DNA of 64,000 nt from Balanoglossus misakiensis (Eukaryota; Animalia; Hemichordata). The stretch spans positions 3,410,001 to 3,474,000 of the forward strand of contig CM082590.2 in NCBI GenBank assembly GCA_040954595.2, in the 5' to 3' direction. The notes below the pieces were generated by a model that was not told the DNA's origin, did not search any database, and saw only the letters and a list, made by a program, of their open reading frames with translations. Made by a program: the position numbers and the translations under genes. Shown piece after piece: positions 37,201-46,200 of this stretch (positions within the stretch are counted from its first letter, which is position 1; the number at the start of each line of letters is the position of its first letter).

Positions 37201-37246
37201 CACCATGGCCATACCGTGCAGCTTTGTGTAACGGTGCCCAACCATT
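6705..37246 (-). CDS. Multi-exon ankyrin-repeat / LRR / Roc GTPase / COR (ROCO family, MFHAS1-like) gene, 5'-incomplete; 11 exons identified, ~1371 aa if all are joined
   Basis: All exons listed separately are phase 0-0, stop-free and join in frame: 8 x 33 aa ankyrin + 14 aa + 25 aa + 1068 aa. No ATG-bearing first exon was found. Confidence 0.8.
10446..10520 (-). CDS. ROCO gene internal exon (75 nt, DGYTEERLCTTLVVLSCLRVSLTTK)
   Basis: Acceptor CTCTTATTTCAACCCATAG|GAT, donor AAG|GTGAAT; phase 0-0, no stop; joins the terminal exon in frame. Confidence 0.7.
10690..12098 (+). mobile_element. Degenerate HINE-like repeat (boundaries approximate)
   Basis: Typical ACCAA/AAGTTTC subrepeat-like motifs, (ACAT/ACAG)n tracts at ~11948-11970 and 12021-12045, and a degenerate terminal stem GCTGACAT...ATGTTAGC followed by AAAAA. 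Confidence 0.4.
13045..13283 (+). mobile_element. 3' part of a Helentron/HINE-like element
   Basis: (CA)n/(CAGA)n microsatellite at ~13178-13240, then a perfect stem-loop AGCTCACGTGA-ttt-TCACGTGAGCT (13254-13278) and an A-run. Confidence 0.7.
13374..13700. repeat. Two-copy ~162-bp tandem duplication in intron
   Basis: TTTAATTCCATTCA.GTTCCCGGGC...GTTCTGTCTTTGACCAAGTGTTT occurs at ~13374 and ~13536. Confidence 0.75.
13731..13772 (-). CDS. ROCO gene 42-nt exon, partial terminal ankyrin repeat (DDTTALDFVVDRLK)
   Basis: Acceptor TCTTCTTATATTTTAG|GAT, donor AAG|GTATGT; phase 0-0; TALD motif typical of a terminal ankyrin half-repeat. Confidence 0.75.
14963..15061 (-). CDS. Ankyrin exon 8 (EGETPLLDAVRNNRVNTVRLLLEHKDDINIQNE), GC donor
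   Basis: 99 nt; acceptor TTCATTTTGACAG|GAG; donor GAG|GCAAGT. Confidence 0.75.
16071..16169 (-). CDS. Ankyrin exon 7 (KGDNPLHGAVRGDRENIVRLLVKYKADIDIQNK), GC donor
   Basis: 99 nt; acceptor TTCATTTTAACAG|AAA; donor AAG|GCAAGT. Confidence 0.8.
16251..16429. repeat. Long imperfect hairpin with CCGAGCGCAGCGAGG apex
   Basis: Outer GTTATAAACGG...CCGTTTATAAC; inner GACCTCTCAGGCGAAAATTAGCATATTTGG...CCAAATATGCTAATTTTCACCTGAGAGGTC. It lies at the start of a ~1.8-kb insertion (~16243-18060) that interrupts the duplicated ankyrin intron. Confidence 0.8.
16664..16841. repeat. Hairpin with ~71-bp near-perfect arms and CGAGCGAAGCGAG apex
   Basis: 16664-16734 is the reverse complement of 16771-16841 with about one mismatch. 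Confidence 0.88.
17321..17494. mobile_element. 174-bp MITE with TTAA TSD (Kolobok-like 5'-AG termini)
   Basis: TTAA|AGGTATACAGTCACCT...AGGTGACCGTATACCT|TTAA. It interrupts the second copy of a local tandem duplication (17030-17200 vs 17260-17590). A near-identical inverted copy is at 31538-31711. Confidence 0.88.
18393..18491 (-). CDS. Ankyrin exon 6 (YGDTPLHSAASNDHVNIVKLLLEYKADVNIQNK), weak GC donor
   Basis: 99 nt; acceptor TTCATTTTGACAG|TAT; donor AAA|GCAAGT (lacks -1 G). Confidence 0.72.
18896..18994 (-). CDS. Ankyrin exon 5 (KGDTSLHGVVRYDRVNIVKLLLEYKADVNIQNK), GC donor
   Basis: 99 nt; acceptor TTCATTTTCACAG|AAA; donor AAG|GCAAGT. Confidence 0.8.
19219..19317 (-). CDS. Ankyrin exon 4 (EGDTPLHDAASNDHVNIVRLLLEYKADVNIQNK)
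   Basis: 99 nt; acceptor TTCATTTTGACAG|GAG; donor AAG|GTCAGT. Confidence 0.88.
19465..20637. mobile_element. Foldback non-autonomous DNA transposon with ~300-bp TIRs (Academ-like termini, inference)
   Basis: 20343-20637 is the reverse complement of the left arm (~19470-20008). The left arm has three ~129-bp tandem subrepeats; the element ends ...GCACTA. TSD not cleanly resolved (TTG/TTGTTG on both sides). Confidence 0.75.
22620..22985. repeat. Two-copy ~200-bp degenerate tandem duplication
   Basis: ACCGACAAATA..TGGAGCATTT...ACTGTAC.CGTGGTTTGGATGTT.AAAGCTA appears twice. Confidence 0.65.
23942..24040 (-). CDS. Ankyrin exon 3 (LGDTPIHLAAYNGHEGAALLLLKARCSVNIQSK)
   Basis: 99 nt; acceptor TCTTTGTATTTTACAG|CTT; donor AAG|GTAAGT; canonical GxTPxHxAAxxGH motif. 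Confidence 0.9.
25680..26920 (+). repeat. Third, exon-less copy of the intronic segment duplicated at 35270-36600 and 32830-33650
   Basis: Aligns by eye with 35270-36600 (ACACAACCCAACACAGAACTCAG ... CTGCATTTCCACA ... TTGTTCATT); cut off where the repeat array starts. Confidence 0.8.
28285..29270. mobile_element. 986-bp non-autonomous Kolobok-like DNA transposon
   Basis: TTAA|GGTAGTTGGAAAGGCTA ... TAGCCTTTCCAACTACC|TTAA (perfect 17-bp TIR, 5'-RR termini). A paralogous empty site near 27430 (AGACTCTATCAATAGTTCGATC) supports the insertion point. No transposase ORF. Confidence 0.9.
29726..30620 (+). repeat. ~0.9-kb near-identical copy of 32428-33322
   Basis: Offset 2702 bp; ORF-track peptides at 29854/32556 and 30124/32826 are identical; one substitution seen (CTCATGTCAT vs CTCGTGTCAT). 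Confidence 0.9.
31538..31711. mobile_element. Second copy (inverted) of the 174-bp TTAA MITE
   Basis: TTAA|AGGTATACGGTCACCT...AGGTGACCGTATACCT|TTAA; reverse complement of 17321-17494 with few differences. Confidence 0.9.
34188..34286 (-). CDS. Ankyrin exon 2 (YGWAPLHNAARNGHGDVVKLLLQSNASIDVQNN)
   Basis: 99 nt; acceptor TTGTTGTATTCCCACAG|TAT; donor AAC|GTAAGT; visible inside track ORF 34179..34367. Confidence 0.9.
37148..37246 (-). CDS. Ankyrin exon 1 in window (NGWAPLHKAARYGHGGVVKLLLQSNASVDVQTD)
   Basis: 99 nt; acceptor TTGTTGTATTCCCACAG|AAT; donor GAC|GTAAGT. Confidence 0.9.
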
Positions 37247-40200
37247 CTGTGGGAATACAACAAACATGTGTCACTGAAAATCCCTGACTATAACCTTCAA
37301 ATGGAACACGCAATGTTTCATTTAGCATGCACTGTGAGACACATTCTGAACATTCATTTGTGACGTGGCACAACATGTTTTGCCGAAACTTTGGTGTTGT
37401 TGTTGTTGTTGTTGTTGTTTTTTTTGGGGGGGATAAATTAATAGTAGGATACATCCCAGTCATCCACGTAATGGACTTGAATGCATGATGTTTGATAGGG
37501 CAGTGTCCTTTGAGGGTACATTAACATCACAGGTATTCTGACTTTTACTTGAGATTAATGATATGCGCGTGTGTTGTTTTCATTTGAAGATGCCCTCTGT
37601 ACAATACCTCAAACTGACAATGATCTAAATATTATAAAAGCCCAGAGAGCAGTTTCATTACCCTTTGAAAGAGCATTGGAATTAGCCAATCAAAGAACGC
37701 CAATTATGAATGAAAGGTAAGAAATATGCGGAACCACTATTGACATTCAAATGATTATGGTGGACTTCAGCCAGACCACTTTTTTTAGTCTCGCTAGCCA
37801 GACCTCTCTCTGTTATTCAACGAAATAGCCACACGAAGTGCGCCACGAGCGGTGAAGCCACAAGAATCGAGCATCGGAGACAACGTCGCCACTTGTGGCG
37901 CCCTTCGTGTGCCTGTGCGCGGGGTCGACTGAAAGCGAGCTCTGGCCAGTGAGAATGACGTTTCTGAAGAGTCAGTTTCATAAAGGTAGATGCATGATGA
38001 CGGTTTATGAAAGAATCGCACTTTGTAGATTTTCGGTTGAAAAGTTATTCATCCCAAGTTTTGGGATTTTTCTGTGGAAAATGACCCTTCTGGGTGGCAC
38101 ATACCCGTACACCTTCCTATGGAACTACCCCCCCCCCCCCGGCCTGTTGTGCAGGGTACATGGCACCCCGACATTTTACAATTATTTATTCTCAAAGCTT
38201 TATTTCGCTTCGCCGTTGTTACTGACAGCTATTACACTACAGTTTGTTTAAATATAAAATAAATGTGTCATCGTGCATGTAGCAATAATTCATGGTTAGG
38301 TCCCTAACTTTCCGGTCAAAAAGTTAACTATTGGTAGATTATTTATCTAATAATCTAATTACGAATTTCAATCTGATCCCAACCTCTCGAATTATTCGAT
38401 GTTTTAATAAAATATTGCTTTATAGTGGTACTATATTCAAAAGTGAATTGGTTGGTCTCAAAAGAGATAAGAATTTCACTTGGCCGCAGGTATAGCCATA
38501 GTCCAAAAATTCTCCCTCAAACTCTTTCTCACCTGAGGTCACCCCAGATTTGGGCAAAAAAATTGGACCCCATACTAGTCTAGATCCAACAAAAAACCAG
38601 ACCCCTAGCCCTATTGGTTCGCCTGCAATTAGGTATGCACATAATTAATGAGGTCTTGTGTAAGACTCCATTATGTGCTCAATCCCCATAAAAGCCAGGG
38701 CTCTAACTGCTCTGGATGCTGAGATATGGGAAAGTAGATCAAAGGTCTTCCAAGGTCACCCAAAATTAGGGCATAAAATTTTGACCCCAGAGTGGGCCAT
38801 GTCCAACCAATACCAGACCTCTAGCCCTATTGGGTAGCATGGAATTAGATATGCAGAAACATGATGTTTCAGAAATAGGTTCATTGCCAAAATTGCCAAA
38901 ATATTTGTGTCATGTCCTGGCAGCATTGGTACCCATGTCCACAAAATTCATGACTGTGGTGCTTTTACAAGAGGAGGTATGGGGAATATGCATATATAAT
39001 TAGTTGTTTTAAAACTGGGTCAAAGGTCATGTAAAAATTGCCCCGAAAAATTGTGACAACTTCCGGTCATATGATGACTCATATCCAAAAAAAGAATTTC
39101 CATGCTGTCAACATTTTGGCTACAAAACGGAATTATCACTTTTCAATGGTTTTCCGAAAATCCAACATGGCCGCCATAATGATCGACCAATCACAGTGCG
39201 CTTCGCAAACTTGATAGACATAAGTTAGGTGACCACATATCCCAAATCCCGAGACTCGGTAACCGCTGGTTCTCGAGAAGAAGATTTTTAAAGTTTTAAG
39301 TAGTTTTTCAGAAAAACAATTGTAGCAAAAAAACTTTATGTATGACGTCATGATTTTAATGGGGTAAAATGATGGACATAAGGTAGGCTACCTGCACACC
39401 AAATTTGAACTCGATCGGCCCAGTGGTTTTAGAAAAGGACTCATTTAACGATTTTCAGGAAATCCAATATGGCCGCCAGGTCACGTGACTAACTGCACGT
39501 CTACTCATTGGCCCCTACCACCCTACCAAGTTTCAGCCCCCTAGGTGCTGCGGTTTTCCAGATCTACCTGGCCGAATTTCTCGGAATAATAATAATAATA
39601 ATAATAATAGCCCAAGCTCTATTATCTGATCTGCACATAATTAATGAGTAGAAACATAATGCTGTGTTTTATCCCATGACATATCAAGGTTATATCTATG
39701 TTTGGTGCTGATATAGTGTTAAGTAGGTCAAAGGTCTTCCAGAGGTCACCCACAATTTGGGCAGAACATTTTACCCATAGTGGTCCATGTCCAACAAAAA
39801 CCAGACCTCTAGCCCTTTTGGTTAGCCCGGAATTAGGTATGCACATAAATAATGAGTTAAGCAGGTGTCACTGGTGACCCAAAACTTTGGCTTTTCATTA
39901 TGGCCCCATATATCCAAATGCCAAGGCTGTACCTGCTTTGGATGCAGAGATATGCAAAATTAGGTCAAAGGTCATCTGAGGTCATCCAAAATTTGGGCAG
40001 AAAATTTTGACCCATAGTGGTCCATGTCCAACAAAAACCAGACCTCTAGCCCTTTTGGTTAGCCCGGAATTAGGTATGCACATAAATAATGAGTAAAGCA
40101 GGTGTCACAGGTGACACAAAAACTTTGGCTTTTCATCATGGCCCCATACCTCCAAACGCCAAGGCTGTATCTGCTGTGGATGTCGAGATATGCAAAAGTA

Positions 40201-43200
40201 GGTCAAAGGTCATCTGAGGTCACCCAAAATTTGGGCAGAAAATTTTGACCCATAGTGGTCCATGTCCAACAAAAACCAGACCTCTAGCCCTTTTGGTTAG
40301 CCCGGAATTAGGTATGCACATAAATAATGCGTAAAGCAGGTGTCACAGGTGACCCAAAACTTTGGCTTTTCATTATGGCCCCATACCTCCAAACGCCAAG
40401 GCTGTATCTGCTGTGGATGTCGAGATATGCAAAAGTAGGTCAAAGGTCACCCGAGGTCACCCAACATTTGGGCAAAATATTTTGACCCCATACTGGTCCA
40501 TGTATAACAAAAACAAAACCTCTAGGTCTATTGGTTCATCTGTAATTAGGAATATGCATATTTAATGAGGTCAGCAGAGGTCAAAGAGGTCATGAAAAGT
40601 AGCAAAATTTTTTGATCACATACAAATCCACATGCCTCAAAAACCAAACGCCTAGCCCTATAGGTTAACCTGGAATTAGATATGCAGAAATAATAATATG
40701 TGAAAAGTAGGTCAAAGGTCATGTGAAAAATCGCCAAAAATTTGTAACATATTGTAGTCATATGACGATTGATATCCATAAAAAGAATTTGTATGCTATC
40801 AATTTTTATACTAGAAAAAGGAATTTTAATTTTTCAAAGCTTTTTACAAAATCCAAGTTTTACTATGGTTTTTCGAAAATCCAATATGGCTGCCATAATC
40901 TTCGACCAATCACAATGATCTTCGCAAACTTGATAGACATCAGTTAGGTGACCACATACCCAAAACCGCGTAACTCGGTTATCGCCGGTTCTGGAGAAGA
41001 AGATTTTTGAAATTTTGACCAGATTTCAGAAAAACAACTGTAGCAAAAAAACTGCAACATTAACAGCAAAATATCCAATTACAAATATGATGGGCAGAAG
41101 ATATACTAGCTGCACACCAAATTTGAAGTCAATTTGACTTGTAGTTTCTGAGATCTGAGATTTGCATTTTTTTCAGAAAATCAAAGATGGCCGCCAGGTC
41201 ACGTGACTAATTAAAAATTCATGGGTTCAATGCACGACTACTCATTGACCTTGACCACTGTAGCAAGTTTGAGAACTGTACCTGCAGCAGTGTCTGAGAT
41301 CCAGAGCGATAAAAAAAGGACAGGAGAATAAAGAAAGAAAGAAAGATTAAAGCTGCGAGCAGCATTGTCGGGCCAAAGCGCTGATCTTGAATTATATATG
41401 CACAGTATGAATGAGAAGAAACAGAATTTTCTATCGGATGTATTATCTCATGACATAACAAGGATGCGTGTATTTTTGCTGCTGAAATAGGGTGAAGTAG
41501 GTCAAAGGTCACCTAAGGTCACCCAACATTTGGGCATTTTTTTTACCCATACTGGTCCATGTCCAACAAAAACCAAAACTCTAGCTCTTTTGGTTCGCCT
41601 GTAATTAGGTATGTGCATATTTAATGAGGTCAACAGGTGTCACAGGTGACCCAAAAATGTGGCTTTACATTTTTGTCCCATCCTGCCAAATGCCAAGGCT
41701 GTATCTGCTCTGGATGCTGAGATATGCAAAAGTAGGTCAAAGGTCACCAGAGGTCATCCAACATTTGGGCAAAAAATTTTGACCCCATACTAGTCCATGT
41801 CCAACAAACATCAAACCACTAGCTCTATTGGTTCGCCTGTCATTAGCTATGCACATAATTAATGAGGTCAACAGAGGTCAAAGGGGTCATGAAAAGTAGC
41901 AAAACTATTTTGATCACACACTAATCCACATGCATCAAAAACCAAACGTCTAGCCCTATAGGTTAGCCTGGAATTAGATATGCAGAAATAATAACGCGTG
42001 ATAAGTAGGTCAAAGGTCATGTGAAAAATCGCCAAAAAATTGTAACATATTTTAGTCACATGACGATTGATATCCATAAAAAGAATTTGTATGCTATAAA
42101 TTTTTAGACTAGAAAAAGGAATTTCAATTTTTCACTGCTTTTTACAAAATCCAATATGGCCGCCATAATCTTCGACCAATCACAATGTTCTTTGCAAACT
42201 TGATAGACATCAGTGTAGTGACCATACTCCCCGAATCTTGCGACTCAGTCATCTCCCGTTCTGGAGAAGAAGATTTTTGGAGTTTAACTATGGTTTTTCG
42301 AAAATCCAATATGGCCGCCATAATCTTCGACCAATCACAATGATCTTCGCAAACTTGATAGACATCAGTTAGGTGACCACATATCCCAAACACCGTGACT
42401 CGGTTATCACTGGTTCTGGAGAAGAAGATTTTTGAAATTTAAGCCAGTTTTCAGGAAAAAAATTGTAGCAAAAAAACTGCAACTTTTACAGCATAATTTC
42501 CGATTACAAAAGGTAGTCTACCTGCATGCCAAATTTGAAGTTGATCTGACTTGTAGTTTCTGAGATCTGAGATTTGCATTTTTTCAGAAAATCCAATATG
42601 GCCGCCAGGTCACGTGACTAATTAAGTATTCACAAGTCACTGCACATCTACTCATTGACCTTGACCACTGTAGCAAGTTTGAGCAGTGTACCTGCAGTAG
42701 TTTCAGAGATCTCGTTGGCCGAAGAATTGACAGGAGAATAAAGAAAGAAAGAAAGAAAGAAAGAAAGATTAAAGCTGCAAGCAGCATTGTCCGGGCCCAA
42801 GCTCTATTATCTGATCTGATGCTGATATAGTGTTAAGTAGGTCAAAGGTCACCCGAGGTCACCCAACATTTGGGCAAAATATTTTGACCCCATACTGGTC
42901 CATGTATAACAAAAACAAAACCTCTAGGTCTATTGGTTCACCAATAATTAGGTATGTGCATATTTAATGAGGTCAGCAGAGGTCAAAGGGGTCATGAAAA
43001 GTAGCAAAAAATTTTGATCACATACAAATCCACATACATCAAAAACCAAACTTATAGCCCTATTGGTTAGCCTGGAATTAGATATGCAGAAAAATGATGC
43101 GTCAAAAGTAGGTCAAAGGTCATTGCCAAAATTACCAAAATATTTATAGCTTATTCTTGTCATATGATGATTCATATCCATAAAAAGAATTTCTGTGCTA

Positions 43201-46200
43201 TCAATGTTTACGCTAGAAAGGGAATTTTTACTTTTTAATCGTTTTTTACAAAATCCAATATGGCCGCCATAATCTTCGACCAATCACATTCCCCTTCGCA
43301 AATTTGATAGACATCAGTTAGGTGACCACATACCCCAAATGGCGTGACTCGGTTATCGCCGGTTCTGGAGAAGAAGATTTTTGAAATTTTGACCAGATTT
43401 CAGAAAAACAACTGTAGCAAAAAAACTGCAACATTGACAGCATAATATCCAATTACAAAAATGATGGGCATAAGGTATACTAGCTGCACACCAAATTTGA
43501 AGTCAATCTGAATTGTAGTTTCTGAGATCTGAGATTTGCATTTTTTCAGAAAATCCAATATGGCCGCCAGGTCACGTGACTAATTAAATATTCACGAGCC
43601 ACTGCACATCTACTCATTGGCACCTATCTGCCTACTAAGTTTTAGCTTGGTTGGTGCTGCAGTTTTTGAGATTTAGGTGGCCGAAAAATGGAACCAAGAA
43701 TAAATTAAAGCTGCAAGCAGCATTGTCCGGGCCCAAGCTCTATTATCTGATCTGATTATTAGATATGCACATAATTAATGAGTAGAAACATAATGCTGTT
43801 TTACCCCATGAAATATCAAGGTTATATCCATGTTTGGTGTTGACATAGTGTTAAGTAGGTCAAAGGTCACCCAGATGTCACCCACAATTTGGGCAGAAAA
43901 TTTTGACCCATAGTGGTCCATGTCCAACAAAAACCAGACCTCTAGCCCTTTTGGTTAGCCCGGCATTAGGTATGCACATAAATAATGAGTTAAGCAGGTG
44001 TCACAGGTGACCCAAAACTTTGGCTTTTCATTATGGCCCCATACCTCCAAACGCCAAGGCTGTATCTGCTGTGGATGTCGAGATATGCAATAGTAGGTCA
44101 AAGGTCACCCGAGGTCACCCAACATTTAAGCAAAATATTTTGACCCCATACTGGTCTATGTATAACAAAAACAAAACCTCTAGGTCTATTGGTTCATCAT
44201 TAATTAGGTATGCGCATATTTAATGAGGTCACCAGAGGTCAAAGGGGTCATGAAAAGTAGCAAAATGTTTTGATCACATACAAATCCACATACATCAAAA
44301 ACCAAACTTATAGCCCTATTGGTTAGCCTGGAATTAGATATGCAGAAAAATGATGCGTCAAAAGTAGGTCAAAGGTCATTGCCAAAATTACCAAAATATT
44401 TATAGCTTATTCTTATCATATGATGATTCATATCAATAAAAAGAATTTCTGTGCTATCAATTTTTAGGCTAGAAAAGGAATTTTTACTTTTTAATCGTTT
44501 TTCACAAAATCCAATATGGCCGCCATAATCTTCGACCAATCACATTCCCCTTCGCAAACTTGATAGACATCTGTTTAATGACCACACACACCAAATCTTG
44601 TGACTCGGTTATCGCCCGTTCTTGAGAAGAAGATTTTTGAAGTTTTACTATAGTTTTTCGAAAATCCAATATGGCCGCCATAATCTTCGACCAATCACAA
44701 TGATCTTCGCAAACTTGATAGACATCAGTTAGGTGACCACATACCCCAAACCGCGTGACTCAGTTATCACCGGTTCTGGAGAAGAAGATTTTTGAAATTT
44801 AAGCCAGATTTCAGAAAAAAAATTGTAGCAAAAAAACTGCAACATTTACAGCAAAATATCCAATTACAAAAATGATGGGTAGAAGGTAGACTACCTGCAC
44901 ACCAAATTTGAAGTCGATCTGACTTGCAGTTTCTGAGATCTGAGATTTGCATTTTTCCAGAAAAGCCAATATGGCCGCCAGGTCACGTGACTAATTAAAA
45001 ATTCAAGGGTTCAATGCACGACTACTCATTGACCTTGACCACTGTAGCAAGTTTCAGAAGTGTACCTACAGTGGTGTCTGAGATCTAGAGCGACAAAGAA
45101 TTGACAGAAGAATAAAGAAAGAAAGAAAGACAGAATTAAAGCTGCAAGCAGCATTGTCCGGGCCCAAGCTGTATTATCTGATCAGATTATTAGCTATGCA
45201 CATAATTAATGAGTAGAAACATAATGCTGTGTTTTATCCCATGAAATATCAAGGTTATATCTATGTTTGGTGTTGATATAGTGTTAAGTAGGTCAAAGGT
45301 CACCCAGAGGTCACCCACAATTTGGGCAGAAAATGTTGACCCATAGTGGTCCATGTCCAACAAAAACCAGACCACTATCCCTTTTGGTTAGCCCGGAATT
45401 AGGTATGCACATAAATAATGAGTTAAGCAGGTGTCACAGGTGACCCAAAACTTTGGCTTTTCATTATGGCCCCATACCTCCAAACGCCAAGGCTGTATCT
45501 GCTGTGGATGTCGAGATATGCAAAAGTAGGTCAAAGGTCATCCGAGGTCACCCAACATTTGGGCAAAAAAATTTGACCCAATACTGGTTCATGTATAACA
45601 AAAACCAAACCTCTAGGTCTATTGGTTCATCTGTAATTAGGTATGCGCATATTTAATGAGGTCAGCAGAGGTCAAAGGGGTCATGAAAAGTAGCGAAATG
45701 TTTTGATCGCATACAAATCCACATACCTCAAAAACCAAACTTATAGCCCTATTGGTTAGCCTGGAATTAGATATGCAGAAAAATGATGCGTCAAAAGTAG
45801 GTCAAAGGTCATTGCCAAAATTACCAAAATATTTATAGCTTATTCTTGGCATATGATGATTCATATCCATAAAAAGAATTTCTGTGCTATCAATTTTTAG
45901 GCTAGAAAGGGAATTTTTACTTTTTAATCGTTTTTCACAAAATCCAATATGGCCGCCATAATCTTCGACCAATCACATTCACCTTCGCAAACTTGATAGA
46001 CATCTGTTTAATGACCACACACACCAAATCTTGTGACTCGGTTATCGCCGGTTCTTGAGAAGAAGATTTTTGAAATTTTACTAGGGTTTTTCGAAAATCC
46101 AATATGGCCGCCAAAATCTTCGACCAATCACAATGATCTTCGCAAACTTGATAGACATCAGTTAGGTGACCACATACACCAAACCTTGTGTCATGGTTAT

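Larger units (their letters stand above)
32827..37920. repeat. ~2.96-kb tandem duplication carrying one ankyrin exon per copy
   Basis: 32830-34960 aligns with 35780-37920; the exons are offset by 2960 bp and share flanking intron sequence. Confidence 0.9.
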
